A stretch of DNA of 64,000 bases from an uncultured Collinsella sp. (GCA_902494165.1 CABUSD010000002.1:8050-72049), one strand, 5' to 3'. Shown: positions 18,846 to 28,282, counted from the stretch's first letter. Program-made: numbers and translations. The notes: generated by a model not told the origin, from the letters alone.

Positions 18846-19011
18846 GACGCAGGCTCCTTTCGGATCGATCGTGCTGGTTGATGTACCGTGAGCCATCGTA
18901 TCACGCGCGGGCTCACGGTGGCGGGGGAGCTTGATGTGAGGTGGCCGCGGGGCGGGGAGCGTGTAAACTGGAGTGAGCAAACCGTGCCCAGCCCAAAGCG
19001 AGGTATTCAAT

Positions 19012-21762
19012 ATGTCTGACAAGCGCCGCACCTTTGCCGTTATCGACGGCAACTCGCTCATGCATCGCGCCTTCCACGCCGTGCCGCCGACCATGAACGC
19101 GCCGGACGGTCGCCCCACCAACGCGATTTTTGGCTTTCTGAACATGTTTCTTAAGATGATCGACGCCTTTAACCCCGACGGCGTTGTTGTGGCGTTTGAC
19201 AAGGGCAAACCGCGCGTGCGCATGGAGATGCTGCCGCAGTATAAGGCGCAACGCCCGCCCATGGACCCCGATCTGCATGCGCAGTTCCCTATGATTAAGG
19301 AGCTGCTCACCGCGCTCAACGTGCCGATTCTGCAGTCCGAGGGCTGGGAAGGCGACGATATCCTGGGAACCATGGCGCGCCTGGGTGAAGAGGCCGGCTG
19401 CGACATGCTACTGGTGACCGGCGACCGCGACATGTATCAACTCGTGACCGAGCACGTCAACGTGGTCTCGACCCGCAAGGGCCTGTCCGACGTGGCGATT
19501 ATGACGCCCGAGAGCGTGGACGATCTGTATCACGGCATCACGCCGGCGCTCGTGCCCGACTTTTATGGTCTGAAGGGCGACACGTCCGATAACATCCCCG
19601 GCGTGCCGGGCATCGGCCCCAAAAAGGCGAGCGCGCTCATTGCGCAGTACGGTAGCCTGGACGAGGTCATCGCGCATGCTGACGAGGTCAAGGGCAAGAT
19701 GGGCGAGAACCTGCGCGCACACATCGACGACGCGCTGCTGAGCCGTAAGGTGGCGACAATTCGCACCGATGCGCCCGTCGAGCTCGACTTTGAGGCGACG
19801 TCCTTCCCGACGTTTTCTGCCGATGAGGTTTCCGCGGCGCTGGGTACGCTTGGCATCACCGCCATGCAGAACCGTTTCTTGGCGCTGATCGGCGGCGAGG
19901 GTGGCGCTGCTGCCGCTGCTAGAACGTTTGAGATGCCCACGATTGAGCGCACCGCTGCCGGCGATGCCGAGGCGCTTGCTGACGTGGCGTCCGAGGTTTC
20001 GCGTGCGATCGAGGCGGGCGAGTGGGTCGCCGCCGTGGTGGACGATGATAAGGAAGAGGGCGCGCTCTTTGGACTGACGCGCACGCTGTGGTTGGCGACG
20101 TCCAAGGGCCTCTTCGCGCTCGAGGAGGGCGACAGCTGCGCGGCGGCTGAGGTTGAGGGCTTCAACTTCGTCCACGGCGTGATTGCTGGCGTGCTCGCGC
20201 GTCTGTTTATGGAGGGTCGCGTGGCGAGCCCGGATATGAAGGTGCTGTTGCACGAGCTTTCGCCCATCGATTCTTCTGAGCCCGAGCTCATGGATCCGCT
20301 GTCCGCTGATTCCACACGCATCTTCGATACCGTGGTTGCCGCCTACCTGTTGGACTCCGACCGCTCCGAGTTCGATGAGGCATATCTTGCCGATACGTAT
20401 CTGCGGATGGCGCTGCCTGCGGCGCGCGGTGCAGAGGATGCCGGTGAGGACGCTCCGGCGCCCGCCGCTCGCACGGCGGCCTTGACGCTGGCGCTGGTCG
20501 CACCGCTGCGCGATCGCATGGCCCGTGAGAACGCCGCCAACGTGTTCGACGGTATCGAGATGCCGCTTGTGCCGGTGCTTGCCAAGATGGAGCGCGCGGG
20601 CATGCTCGTGGATCCCGATCGGCTGCGCAGCCTGTCCGAGGGCCTGGCGACCCAGATTACCGAGGTTGAGCGCAGTATTCGCGACCTGGCGGGTGACGAG
20701 ACCTTTAACATCGGCAGTCCCATGCAGCTGTCGCACGTGCTCTTTGATGTGATGGGGCTTCCGACCAAGGGCCTCAAGAAGACTAAGCGCGGCTATTATT
20801 CGACCAACGCCAAGGTGCTGAGCGACCTTGCGCGTGACCACGAAATCGTGCGCCTGATTTTGGACTGGCGTGAGAAGTCCAAAATCAAGTCCACCTATCT
20901 GGACACGCTGGGCCCGCTACGCCGTGGTGACGGTCGTGTGCACACTACGTACAACCAGACCATCACAGCAACGGGGCGTCTGTCCTCGAGCGACCCGAAC
21001 CTGCAGAACATCCCGACGCGCTCGGAGCTGGGTCGTACCGTCAAGACGGCGTTTTCGGCAGGCGAGGGAAGCGTCTTTTTGGCGGTGGACTACTCGCAGA
21101 TCGAGCTGCGTCTGCTGGCGCATCTCTCGGGTGACGAGCACTTGGTGCGCGCCTTTAACGAGGGCGAGGACTTCCATGCCGAGACGGCGGCGCGCGTGTT
21201 TGGCGTTCCCGTGTTCGAGGTAACGCCCGACCTGCGCAGTCGCGCCAAGGCCGTGAACTTTGGCATCGTGTATGGTCAGCAGGCTTACGGCCTGTCGCAG
21301 TCGCTGCATATCTCGATGGCCGAGGCACGCGACATGATCGACCGCTACTACGAGGCCTACCCGGGCGTGCGTACGTTCCTCGACAACGTAGTGGCGCGCG
21401 CCAAGCAGACGGGCTACGCCGAGACCATGTATGGCCGCAGACGCCATATTCCCGAGCTCAAGGCCAAAAACCCGCAACTCCGCGGCTTTGGCGAGCGCAC
21501 GGCCATGAACCACCCCATGCAGGGAACCGCCGCCGACATCATCAAGATCGCCATGGCCCGCGTAAGCCGCCGCCTGGAAGAAGAGGGCTTTGCCGCCCAC
21601 ATGATCCTGCAGGTACACGACGAACTGGACTTTGAGTGCCCCGTCGACGAAGTCGAGCGCCTAACCACCATGGTCCGCGACGTCATGGAGCACGTCGTAG
21701 ACCTCCGCGTCCCCCTAATCGCCGAAGCCAGCACCGGCATAACCTGGGCCGACGCTAAATAG
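19012..21762 (+). CDS. polA: DNA polymerase I
   Basis: 5'-nuclease N-terminus (FAVIDGNSLMHRAFHA), polymerase motifs (DYSQIELR, QVHDEL). ATG 19012 is preferred over GTG 18973. Confidence 0.95.
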   Translation: MSDKRRTFAVIDGNSLMHRAFHAVPPTMNAPDGRPTNAIFGFLNMFLKMIDAFNPDGVVVAFDKGKPRVRMEMLPQYKAQRPPMDPDLHAQFPMIKELLTALNVPILQSEGWEGDDILGTMARLGEEAGCDMLLVTGDRDMYQLVTEHVNVVSTRKGLSDVAIMTPESVDDLYHGITPALVPDFYGLKGDTSDNIPGVPGIGPKKASALIAQYGSLDEVIAHADEVKGKMGENLRAHIDDALLSRKVATIRTDAPVELDFEATSFPTFSADEVSAALGTLGITAMQNRFLALIGGEGGAAAAARTFEMPTIERTAAGDAEALADVASEVSRAIEAGEWVAAVVDDDKEEGALFGLTRTLWLATSKGLFALEEGDSCAAAEVEGFNFVHGVIAGVLARLFMEGRVASPDMKVLLHELSPIDSSEPELMDPLSADSTRIFDTVVAAYLLDSDRSEFDEAYLADTYLRMALPAARGAEDAGEDAPAPAARTAALTLALVAPLRDRMARENAANVFDGIEMPLVPVLAKMERAGMLVDPDRLRSLSEGLATQITEVERSIRDLAGDETFNIGSPMQLSHVLFDVMGLPTKGLKKTKRGYYSTNAKVLSDLARDHEIVRLILDWREKSKIKSTYLDTLGPLRRGDGRVHTTYNQTITATGRLSSSDPNLQNIPTRSELGRTVKTAFSAGEGSVFLAVDYSQIELRLLAHLSGDEHLVRAFNEGEDFHAETAARVFGVPVFEVTPDLRSRAKAVNFGIVYGQQAYGLSQSLHISMAEARDMIDRYYEAYPGVRTFLDNVVARAKQTGYAETMYGRRRHIPELKAKNPQLRGFGERTAMNHPMQGTAADIIKIAMARVSRRLEEEGFAAHMILQVHDELDFECPVDEVERLTTMVRDVMEHVVDLRVPLIAEASTGITWADAK

Positions 21763-21796
21763 GGAAGCAACCACAGTTCCAAAGTAACCAAAAACA

Positions 21797-21838
21797 GAAG
21801 GACGCCCCTTATCAACAAGGAGCGTCCTTCGTTCAATT
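21797..21838 (+). terminator. Probable polA terminator
   Basis: GAAGGACGC / GCGTCCTTC stem followed by a weak T-tract. Confidence 0.5.
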
Positions 21839-21899
21839 AAATTCAGCCTAAGTATCTAGACACTCAAGACGCCATCTTGGCGGCAGGTAAGTAAACCTA

Positions 21900-22028
21900 G
21901 GGCCTGGCCGGGCGGCACGGGTTAACTTTTCGTAGATTCCGCACGCAAAGAAAGCCACTTAATGTGGCTTTCGTCTTGCGCAGGACCTGACCGAGCGAAA
22001 AGTTAACCCGTGCCGCCCGGCCAGGCCC
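21900..22028. repeat. 129-bp element with 33-bp perfect terminal inverted repeats and an inner imperfect palindrome
   Basis: GGGCCTGGCCGGGCGGCACGGGTTAACTTTTCG at 21900-21932 is the exact reverse complement of 21996-22028. An inner hairpin AAAGCCAC-TTAA-TGTGGCTTT is present. Confidence 0.85.
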
Positions 22029-22039
22029 AACGAGCCACG

Positions 22040-22867
22040 TTAACGAGCCGCCAGGATGGCGTCGATGAGCGTCAGTACGCCCCCGTCGTTGTTGCTCGGA
22101 ATGCGCCATTTGGCATGCGCGTTCATGTGCTCCTCGGCATTGTCCACGATAAAGCTGTGACCGACGCGCTCCAGCATGGGGATGTCGTTGTACGTATCGC
22201 CCACGGCGGCGGCGTCGGCAATATCGATGCTCAGGTGTTCGCACAGGTGCGCGACGCCGGCGCCCTTGTCGACGCCCAGGTTCATAAAGTCGATCCACTC
22301 GCGCCCGGCGTTGGTGACGTAGAGCTTGTCCGAGAACTCGGGACTATAGGTCTCGCGAAACGCGGGCTCGGCGTCGTAGCCGGGGAAGAAGACCGAAATC
22401 TTGTTGGACTCGAAATCAATGCCATCAAAGCTGTCGACGTAGTTGATTGTGTTGTAGTAGACGCTGATCTCGTCGTGGTATTGATGGTCGCGGGCAAGCA
22501 CGTAGAACTCGTCGAAGCAGCAAAGGACGGGGACAGCGCGCGGATCCTCCGAGGCACGGCTCAAGACCTGCTGATACAGCTCCACGTCAATAGTGCTCTT
22601 ATAGATATAGCTGCCGCGATAGATCACGCACGCTCCGTTGTCGGGACAAAAGGCGAGGCGGTTCTTGACGCCCTCGAACATCTCCTCGAGCTTGGGGGCG
22701 GGACGTCCGCTGGCGGGGCAGAATACGATGTCGGCGTCGGCGAGCTTGTCTAGGCGCTCATCAAGACCCTGGGGCAGCACGCGCTCGTCGGTCAGCAGCG
22801 TCTTGTCCATGTCGACGGCGAGAATCTTAATGTTTCCGATATTGGCGTCCGATTCGTAAGTTTGCAT
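22040..22867 (-). CDS. Cof-type HAD-IIB family hydrolase
   Basis: 275 aa with the DMDKTLL motif near the N-terminus and GDTYNDIPML near the C-terminus. Confidence 0.8.
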   Translation of the reverse strand: MQTYESDANIGNIKILAVDMDKTLLTDERVLPQGLDERLDKLADADIVFCPASGRPAPKLEEMFEGVKNRLAFCPDNGACVIYRGSYIYKSTIDVELYQQVLSRASEDPRAVPVLCCFDEFYVLARDHQYHDEISVYYNTINYVDSFDGIDFESNKISVFFPGYDAEPAFRETYSPEFSDKLYVTNAGREWIDFMNLGVDKGAGVAHLCEHLSIDIADAAAVGDTYNDIPMLERVGHSFIVDNAEEHMNAHAKWRIPSNNDGGVLTLIDAILAAR

Positions 22868-23141
22868 AAAAGCGAGCCTTTCGTTTCGAGATTGTTTCAG
22901 ACGTTATAGCCATCAATTCGTAGTCGGGCGTATTTTCGCAGGAACGGAGCGTATTTGCACCACGCTTCACAAAGTAATGAAAAAACTTTTCAGAAATTTG
23001 AATTTGTCGCTTGTGCTGCGGGCACTTTAGCGTAATATAGCGACCATCGAAAACGGAGACGGAAAAACAACCGCTTACCGAGGAAAAGGTACCGTTTACG
23101 ATATTAGAATTGCGCCCGGCGATAGGTGAAAGGAGAGGCAG

Positions 23142-23216
23142 ATGCAGTTCGTAACGATCATCACCACTGCAGACAATGCCATCCGACGCCAGCGCGCAAT
23201 TTCCCGACGACGATAA
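23142..23216 (+). CDS. Candidate 24-codon Arg-rich upstream mini-ORF (possible leader peptide)
   Basis: AAAGGAGAGG SD 6 nt upstream of the ATG. Sequence MQFVTIITTADNAIRRQRAISRRR*, whose last three codons are CGA CGA CGA. It lies 205 nt upstream of argG. Confidence 0.3.
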   Translation: MQFVTIITTADNAIRRQRAISRRR

Positions 23217-23421
23217 CAATCGTCTCTGTCCGCATGGGGCGAATTGCCTCAACAGAGTCATTTTGAGGTCGTTGGGTTTTAGCACGACATTGCTGCATGT
23301 TTCTAGGGCATGTATGTGCTGATTTTTGCTATTTAACCTGATATTGCACGGTATATGACCTTGAAATGACTTGCAACTGACCGATGTTCTAACTAGCTAC
23401 CAAGGGCGAAAGGAAACAGCC

Positions 23422-24648
23422 ATGAGCAAGGAAAAAGTCGTTCTCGCATATTCCGGTGGTCTTGATACATCCGTATGTGTCAAGTGGCTCCAGGACGAGA
23501 AGAATCTCGATGTCGTTTGTGTCTGCGGCAACGTGGGCCAGGAAGAGACCGGACTGGATGCCAAGAAGCAGAAGGCGCTCGACCTGGGCGTTCTCGATTG
23601 CCAGGTGCTCGACCTGCGCGACGAGTTCTCCGATGAGTTCCTGACCAAAGCCATTGCAGCAAACTCCATGTACGAGAACAAGTATCCGCTGCTCTCCGCC
23701 CTGTCTCGCCCGCTGCTTGCCAAGAAGCTTGTTGAGGTCGCCCACGAGTTTGGCGCGACCTACGTCGCCCACGGCTGCACCGGCAAGGGTAACGACCAGG
23801 TCCGTTTTGAGGCCGCCGTCAAGGCCCTCGACCCCGAGCTCAAGGTTATCGCCCCGGTTCGCGAGTGGGACCTGAAGTGTCGCCCCGACGAGGTCGCCTA
23901 TGCCCACGCCCACAACGTGCCGGTTCCCGAGGGTGCCAACGACAACCCCTACTCCATCGACGACAACCTGTGGGGTCGTGCCATTGAGTGCGGTCACCTG
24001 GAGGATCCCTGGAATGAGCCGCTCGACGACGCTTGGGTTATGACCAAGAATCCCGAGGACACCCCGGACACCCCGACCTACACCGAGATTGAGTTTGAGG
24101 CCGGCAAGCCCGTCGCCGTCGACGGCAAGAAGATGAAGCTCTCTGAGATCGTCATCGCCCTCAACAAGATCTCCGGCGACAATGGCTTTGGCCGTCTCGA
24201 TCTGGTCGAGGATCGCCTGGTGGGCCTTAAGAGCCGCGAGTGCTACGAGGTTCCCGGCGCCCTGACGCTCATCACCGCCCACAAGGCGCTCGAGGACATC
24301 TGCGTCGAGGGCGACCTGCTCAAGACCAAGATCAAGCTCGAGCAGGATTGGGCCACCGCCGTGTACAACGGCCAGTGGTACAGCCCGCTCAAGAACGCGC
24401 TCGATGCCTTTATGGCCGACACGCAAAAGTTCGTGACCGGCACTGTCCGTCTGAAGTTCTTTAAGGGCAACTGCCATGTCGTCGGCCGCAAGAGCCCCTT
24501 CAGCCTCTACGACTACGGTCTGGCTACCTACGACCGCGACACCACGTTTGACGAGAAGGCCAGCGCCGGCTTTATCGAGATCGATACGCTGTCGCTCAAG
24601 ACGTGGGCAAAGGTCCAGGGCCCCAGCTCTGCTGCTGCCCAGGCCTAG
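23422..24648 (+). CDS. argG: Argininosuccinate synthase
   Basis: Start MSKEKVVLAYSGGLDTSV (ATP pyrophosphatase motif) with RBS AAAGGAAA. Confidence 0.95.
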   Translation: MSKEKVVLAYSGGLDTSVCVKWLQDEKNLDVVCVCGNVGQEETGLDAKKQKALDLGVLDCQVLDLRDEFSDEFLTKAIAANSMYENKYPLLSALSRPLLAKKLVEVAHEFGATYVAHGCTGKGNDQVRFEAAVKALDPELKVIAPVREWDLKCRPDEVAYAHAHNVPVPEGANDNPYSIDDNLWGRAIECGHLEDPWNEPLDDAWVMTKNPEDTPDTPTYTEIEFEAGKPVAVDGKKMKLSEIVIALNKISGDNGFGRLDLVEDRLVGLKSRECYEVPGALTLITAHKALEDICVEGDLLKTKIKLEQDWATAVYNGQWYSPLKNALDAFMADTQKFVTGTVRLKFFKGNCHVVGRKSPFSLYDYGLATYDRDTTFDEKASAGFIEIDTLSLKTWAKVQGPSSAAAQA

Positions 24649-24801
24649 CGCCTCCTTCCCTTGGTATCCGCGCGGCCCATCCGCGTGATACATAACGGGC
24701 GCACGGGGTCCCTACCTTTCGTTATGCTTGCTGACACTTCTTAACATCGGTGGCCCCTACGTTCCGCCCGCATATATGATGCCGCGTCTGCGGCTGAGTC
24801 C

Positions 24802-24840
24802 GAGCCCCGCCGGGGTTGTCCGGCGGGGCTCCTTCTATCA
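24802..24840 (+). terminator. Rho-independent terminator downstream of argG
   Basis: GAGCCCCGCCGG / CCGGCGGGGCTC 12-bp stem followed by a T-rich tail. Confidence 0.6.
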
Positions 24841-24881
24841 ATTTGGCGGCTCTGTGCCTATATATATGAGGAGTATCCATT

Positions 24882-25052
24882 ATGTTCAATGCTATCGCGC
24901 ATGCTTTGCTTGCCCTCGCGCCCGAGTTCGATGCTGTAAGGGTCGAGGACGTTCCTATGAGCCTGAAGGCCTGGATCGATGGTTCGCAGGGCAACATCCG
25001 GAGGGAGACGTTGGGCGCCAAGTGCATGGTGCGTCACTTCTTTGCAAATTAG
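24882..25052 (+). CDS. Hypothetical 56-aa protein between argG and argH
   Basis: GAGGAG SD 8 nt upstream of the ATG. Sequence MFNAIAHALLALAPEFDAVRVEDVPMSLKAWIDGSQGNIRRETLGAKCMVRHFFAN*. Below the ORF-track cutoff, with no recognisable family. Confidence 0.3.
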   Translation: MFNAIAHALLALAPEFDAVRVEDVPMSLKAWIDGSQGNIRRETLGAKCMVRHFFAN

Positions 25053-25170
25053 CCACATGGCCCCGCGCGCGGCAGGGAGTGTGTAAAACTAGCGGTTGAT
25101 AAATCGCTTTAGCGACAGGGCACATTGCTTTGGACGCTTGTTTTGGTATTTGGAGAAAGGAGACGGTTCC

Positions 25171-26601
25171 ATGGCTCTTTGGGGCGGTCGTTTTGAGGCG
25201 GGCGTGGCCGAGGTCACGCAGGAGTTTGGCGCGTCGCTGCCGGTCGACAAACATCTCTATAAGCAGGATATCGCCGGCTCTAAGGCGCATGCCAAGATGT
25301 TGGCCGCCCAGGGCATCATCAGTGCCGAGGACGAGCAGGCGATTGCCAAGGGCCTGACCGGAATCGAACAGGATATCGATGCCGGCAACTTTACCTTCGA
25401 CATCAACGATGAGGACATTCATATGTCCATCGAGAGCGAGCTGACGCGTCGTATCGGCGAGGCTGGCAAGCGCTTGCATACTGGGCGTTCGCGCAACGAC
25501 CAGGTGGCGACCGATACGCGCCTGGGCGTCAAGGCGCTGGCCAAGGAGCTCATGGAGGCCAATCTTGAGCTGCGCCATGTGCTGGTGGATGCGGCCAAGA
25601 AGTACGACAAGGTGATTCTGCCGGGCTACACGCATATGCAGCACGCTCAGCCCGTGCTGCTCTCGCATCATCTGCTGGCGTATTTCTGGATGTTCGCGCG
25701 CGACTTTACGCGCCTGAAGGCCGCCTTTGATGCCGCCGACAACTGCCCGCTTGGTGCTGCCGCGCTTGCCGGTACGAGCTATCCGCTCGATCGCCAGATG
25801 ACGGCTGCCGAACTTGGCTTTGCGGGCGTGATCCCCAACTCGCTCGATGCGGTTTCCGACCGTGATTTCCTGCTCGATCTGCATTACGCCGGATCCGTCA
25901 TGGCGATGCACCTGTCGCGTCTTTCCGAGGAGATCGTGCTGTGGTCGAGCTCCGAATTTGGCTTTATCACGCTTTCAGACTCCTACTCCACCGGCTCGTC
26001 TATCATGCCGCAGAAGAAGAACCCCGACTTTGCCGAGCTTATCCGCGGCAAGAGCGGTCGCGTGTACGGCAACCTGGTGCAGCTGCTGGTAACCATGAAG
26101 GGCTTGCCGCTTGCTTATAACAAGGACTTGCAGGAGGACAAGGAGGGCGCGCTCGATACCGCCCATACGCTCATGCAGTGCCTGTCCGTTATGGCCGGAA
26201 TGATTTCGACTTGGACCGTCAACGAGGATGCCATGGCGCGCGAGTGCGGCGTGGGGCACCTTGCCGCCACCGATGTTGCCGATTACCTGGCCAAGCGTGG
26301 CCTGCCGTTCCGCGAGGCACATGCCGTGGTGGGCCATCTGGTCCTGATGTGCGAGAAGCGCGGCTGCAATCTTGAGGACCTGCCGTTTGAGGTGTTCCAG
26401 GAGGCAAGCCCGCTCTTTGAGCGCGACATTACCGAGGCGCTCGACATCCCGTCGATTGTCGCCGCGCGCACGACCGAGGGCGGCACCGCCCCTGCCGCCG
26501 TTGCCGTGCAGCTTGATCGCGCCGAGGCACAGCTCGTGGCTGACGAGGGTGTGTTTGGGTCACTGACTAAGGTCGTCGAGATGGGCCACGGGGTAAAGTA
26601 G
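25171..26601 (+). CDS. argH: Argininosuccinate lyase
   Basis: Start MALWGGRFE... with RBS GGAGAAAGGAG. Contains the fumarate-lyase signature GSSIMPQKKNPD. Confidence 0.95.
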   Translation: MALWGGRFEAGVAEVTQEFGASLPVDKHLYKQDIAGSKAHAKMLAAQGIISAEDEQAIAKGLTGIEQDIDAGNFTFDINDEDIHMSIESELTRRIGEAGKRLHTGRSRNDQVATDTRLGVKALAKELMEANLELRHVLVDAAKKYDKVILPGYTHMQHAQPVLLSHHLLAYFWMFARDFTRLKAAFDAADNCPLGAAALAGTSYPLDRQMTAAELGFAGVIPNSLDAVSDRDFLLDLHYAGSVMAMHLSRLSEEIVLWSSSEFGFITLSDSYSTGSSIMPQKKNPDFAELIRGKSGRVYGNLVQLLVTMKGLPLAYNKDLQEDKEGALDTAHTLMQCLSVMAGMISTWTVNEDAMARECGVGHLAATDVADYLAKRGLPFREAHAVVGHLVLMCEKRGCNLEDLPFEVFQEASPLFERDITEALDIPSIVAARTTEGGTAPAAVAVQLDRAEAQLVADEGVFGSLTKVVEMGHGVK

Positions 26602-26653
26602 GGATTTGGCTGAAGCCGTTTTGGCCATTTATTGATAAATCGTTTTTGCTTTT

Positions 26654-26690
26654 ACGGGTGTCTGCTGATGCGGACGCCCGTGTTTTGTTG
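26654..26690 (+). terminator. argH terminator
   Basis: ACGGGTGTC / GACGCCCGT stem followed by GTTTTGTT. Confidence 0.6.
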
Positions 26691-26987
26691 CTATGGGGGA
26701 GGGGCTTGTCGAGAACTTCTGTAGGACCTTTGGGCAGGTTGTGAAGGGGTTACGTTCGCGGGCGGCAACCGACCGCCTGCTCTGTTCGATGCGGTTGATG
26801 GGCGGTCGGATGGTACTCTAATCGGGCTTCGAAACAGAAGTGACACATATGGAGCGCTTTAATAAATTACAACGTTTCAATAAACAGCTTTTTGTTTAAC
26901 TGCAGCTAAAACTCTGTTACGATGCAGTCCAGGCGGGTGCCGGAATGGGACTTGGGCACGCGCGAACCTACTTGAAAGGCTACTTTT

Positions 26988-27392
26988 ATGGCTATCGAGA
27001 AGACCTTCATCATGATTAAGCCCGACGCCGTGCGCGACCGCAAGATCGGCGAGATCGTTGCTCGCATTGAGCGCAGCGGCCTTGTCATCGAGCGCATGGA
27101 GATGACCACGCTCGAGCGCGCTACCGTCGAGGAGCACTACGCCCATCTGGCCGACAAGCCCTTCTTTGGCGGTCTCTGCGACTTTATGACGAGCGGTCCG
27201 GTCGTCAAGATGGTCGTTTCCGGTCTCTCCGCTGTTGCTAAGATGCGCACCCTCATGGGCGCTACCAACCCGCTTGAGGCTGCTCCTGGTACCATCCGCG
27301 GCGACTTTGCCGTCGATGTCAACGCCAACGTGATCCACGGCTCCGACTGCCTGGAGAATGCCGAGATCGAGATCAAGCGCTTCTTTGGCTAA
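26988..27392 (+). CDS. ndk: Nucleoside-diphosphate kinase
   Basis: 134 aa with MAIEKTFIMIKPDAV... and ...NVIHGSD (active-site His). Confidence 0.95.
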   Translation: MAIEKTFIMIKPDAVRDRKIGEIVARIERSGLVIERMEMTTLERATVEEHYAHLADKPFFGGLCDFMTSGPVVKMVVSGLSAVAKMRTLMGATNPLEAAPGTIRGDFAVDVNANVIHGSDCLENAEIEIKRFFG

Positions 27393-27430
27393 ACCAGCTT
27401 TGACTCCTTAAAGCTGTTAGCGTGTGGCTT

Positions 27431-27466
27431 GGGCGCCGCGGAACTCCATCCGCGGCGCCCTTTTAT
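27431..27466 (+). terminator. ndk terminator
   Basis: GGGCGCCGCGGA...TCCGCGGCGCCC followed by TTTTATT. Confidence 0.8.
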
Positions 27467-27469
27467 TCC

Positions 27470-27518
27470 AAAATCTATGCAGGGGCCCGCTCGGATATGT
27501 GTTCCGAGCGGGCCCCTG
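27470..27518 (-). terminator. rpiB terminator
   Basis: CAGGGGCCCGCTCGGA / TCCGAGCGGGCCCCTG 16-bp stem. On the minus strand it is followed by ATAGATTTTGG. Confidence 0.6.
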
Positions 27519-27543
27519 CTGTTAGCTTGTGGCACTGAGTAGT

Positions 27544-28011
27544 TTAGGCCTCGTCGACGACCTTGAGGCCGCGCGTGTGGTCGATCTCGTTGAGGAGGTT
27601 AACGCGACGCTCGTGACGACCGCCCTCAAACTCGGCGTCGAGCCACTCGTCGACAATCATCTTGGCGAGCTCGGAGCCCACGACGCGGGCACCAAAGGCG
27701 AGTACGTTGGTGTTGTTGTGCATGCGGGAGAGCTTGGCGCTGAAGGGCTCGGAGCATACGACGGCGCGAACACCTTCGACCTTGTTGGCGGCCAGGCTGA
27801 TGCCGACGCCGGTACCGCAGATCAGGATACCCAGGTCGACGTCACCGTTGGCCACGGCCTTACCCACCTTGTAGCCGGCGATGGGGTAATCGAAGCTCTC
27901 GGAGGTGTCGGTGCCAAAGTTCACGACCTCGCAGCCGCGCTCCTTCAGGTGCTCGGAGATGATGTTCTTGAGCTCGACGGCGGCGTGGTCGTTACCGATA
28001 CCAATCTTCAT
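27544..28011 (-). CDS. rpiB: Ribose-5-phosphate isomerase B
   Basis: 155 aa with MKIGIGNDHAA... and ...ICGTGVGISLAANK... Confidence 0.9.
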   Translation of the reverse strand: MKIGIGNDHAAVELKNIISEHLKERGCEVVNFGTDTSESFDYPIAGYKVGKAVANGDVDLGILICGTGVGISLAANKVEGVRAVVCSEPFSAKLSRMHNNTNVLAFGARVVGSELAKMIVDEWLDAEFEGGRHERRVNLLNEIDHTRGLKVVDEA

Positions 28012-28282
28012 GAGTGGTTCCTCTCTGGTCCGTGCGGCGGAATTGCTAAAGGTTTTACCGCGTTCGACTGCATGATAGCGCGACTTTTGTGGAAACGCTC
28101 GGGCGTTTTTTGGTCAAACGCTTTAGCATGCAACAAGACTAGCTTTTCATGTATTAATGCCGTCAGTTTGCGCTTGAACGCCGTCCGCCGGAACTTGGGT
28201 TGCGGTTTTTGATGCATTGTTATCAAATAAAAGAGCTAATTATTTTCGAGAGCCCTGTCCGTTATACAAGTAGGAGATACCT

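Noticed and set aside
18846-19433. N-terminal 196-codon extension of the aminopeptidase ORF, overlapping the polA start.
   Set aside because: The extension is Ser/Arg/Pro-rich junk antisense to polA. A good RBS (AAAGGAG) precedes the internal ATG at 18845, where the M18 homology begins.
22827-23285. 152-aa minus-strand ORF in the cof/argG spacer.
   Set aside because: Its 3' end overlaps the 5' end of the cof gene. It has no RBS, atypical composition and no recognisable motif, and it lies in a low-GC non-coding-looking region.
28208-28227. FNR/CRP-like dyad TTTGAT-N8-ATCAAA upstream of the cyuA-like gene.
   Set aside because: The half-sites match the FNR consensus, but the spacing is 8 rather than 4 nt. 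A single occurrence in an AT-rich spacer is too weak to call.
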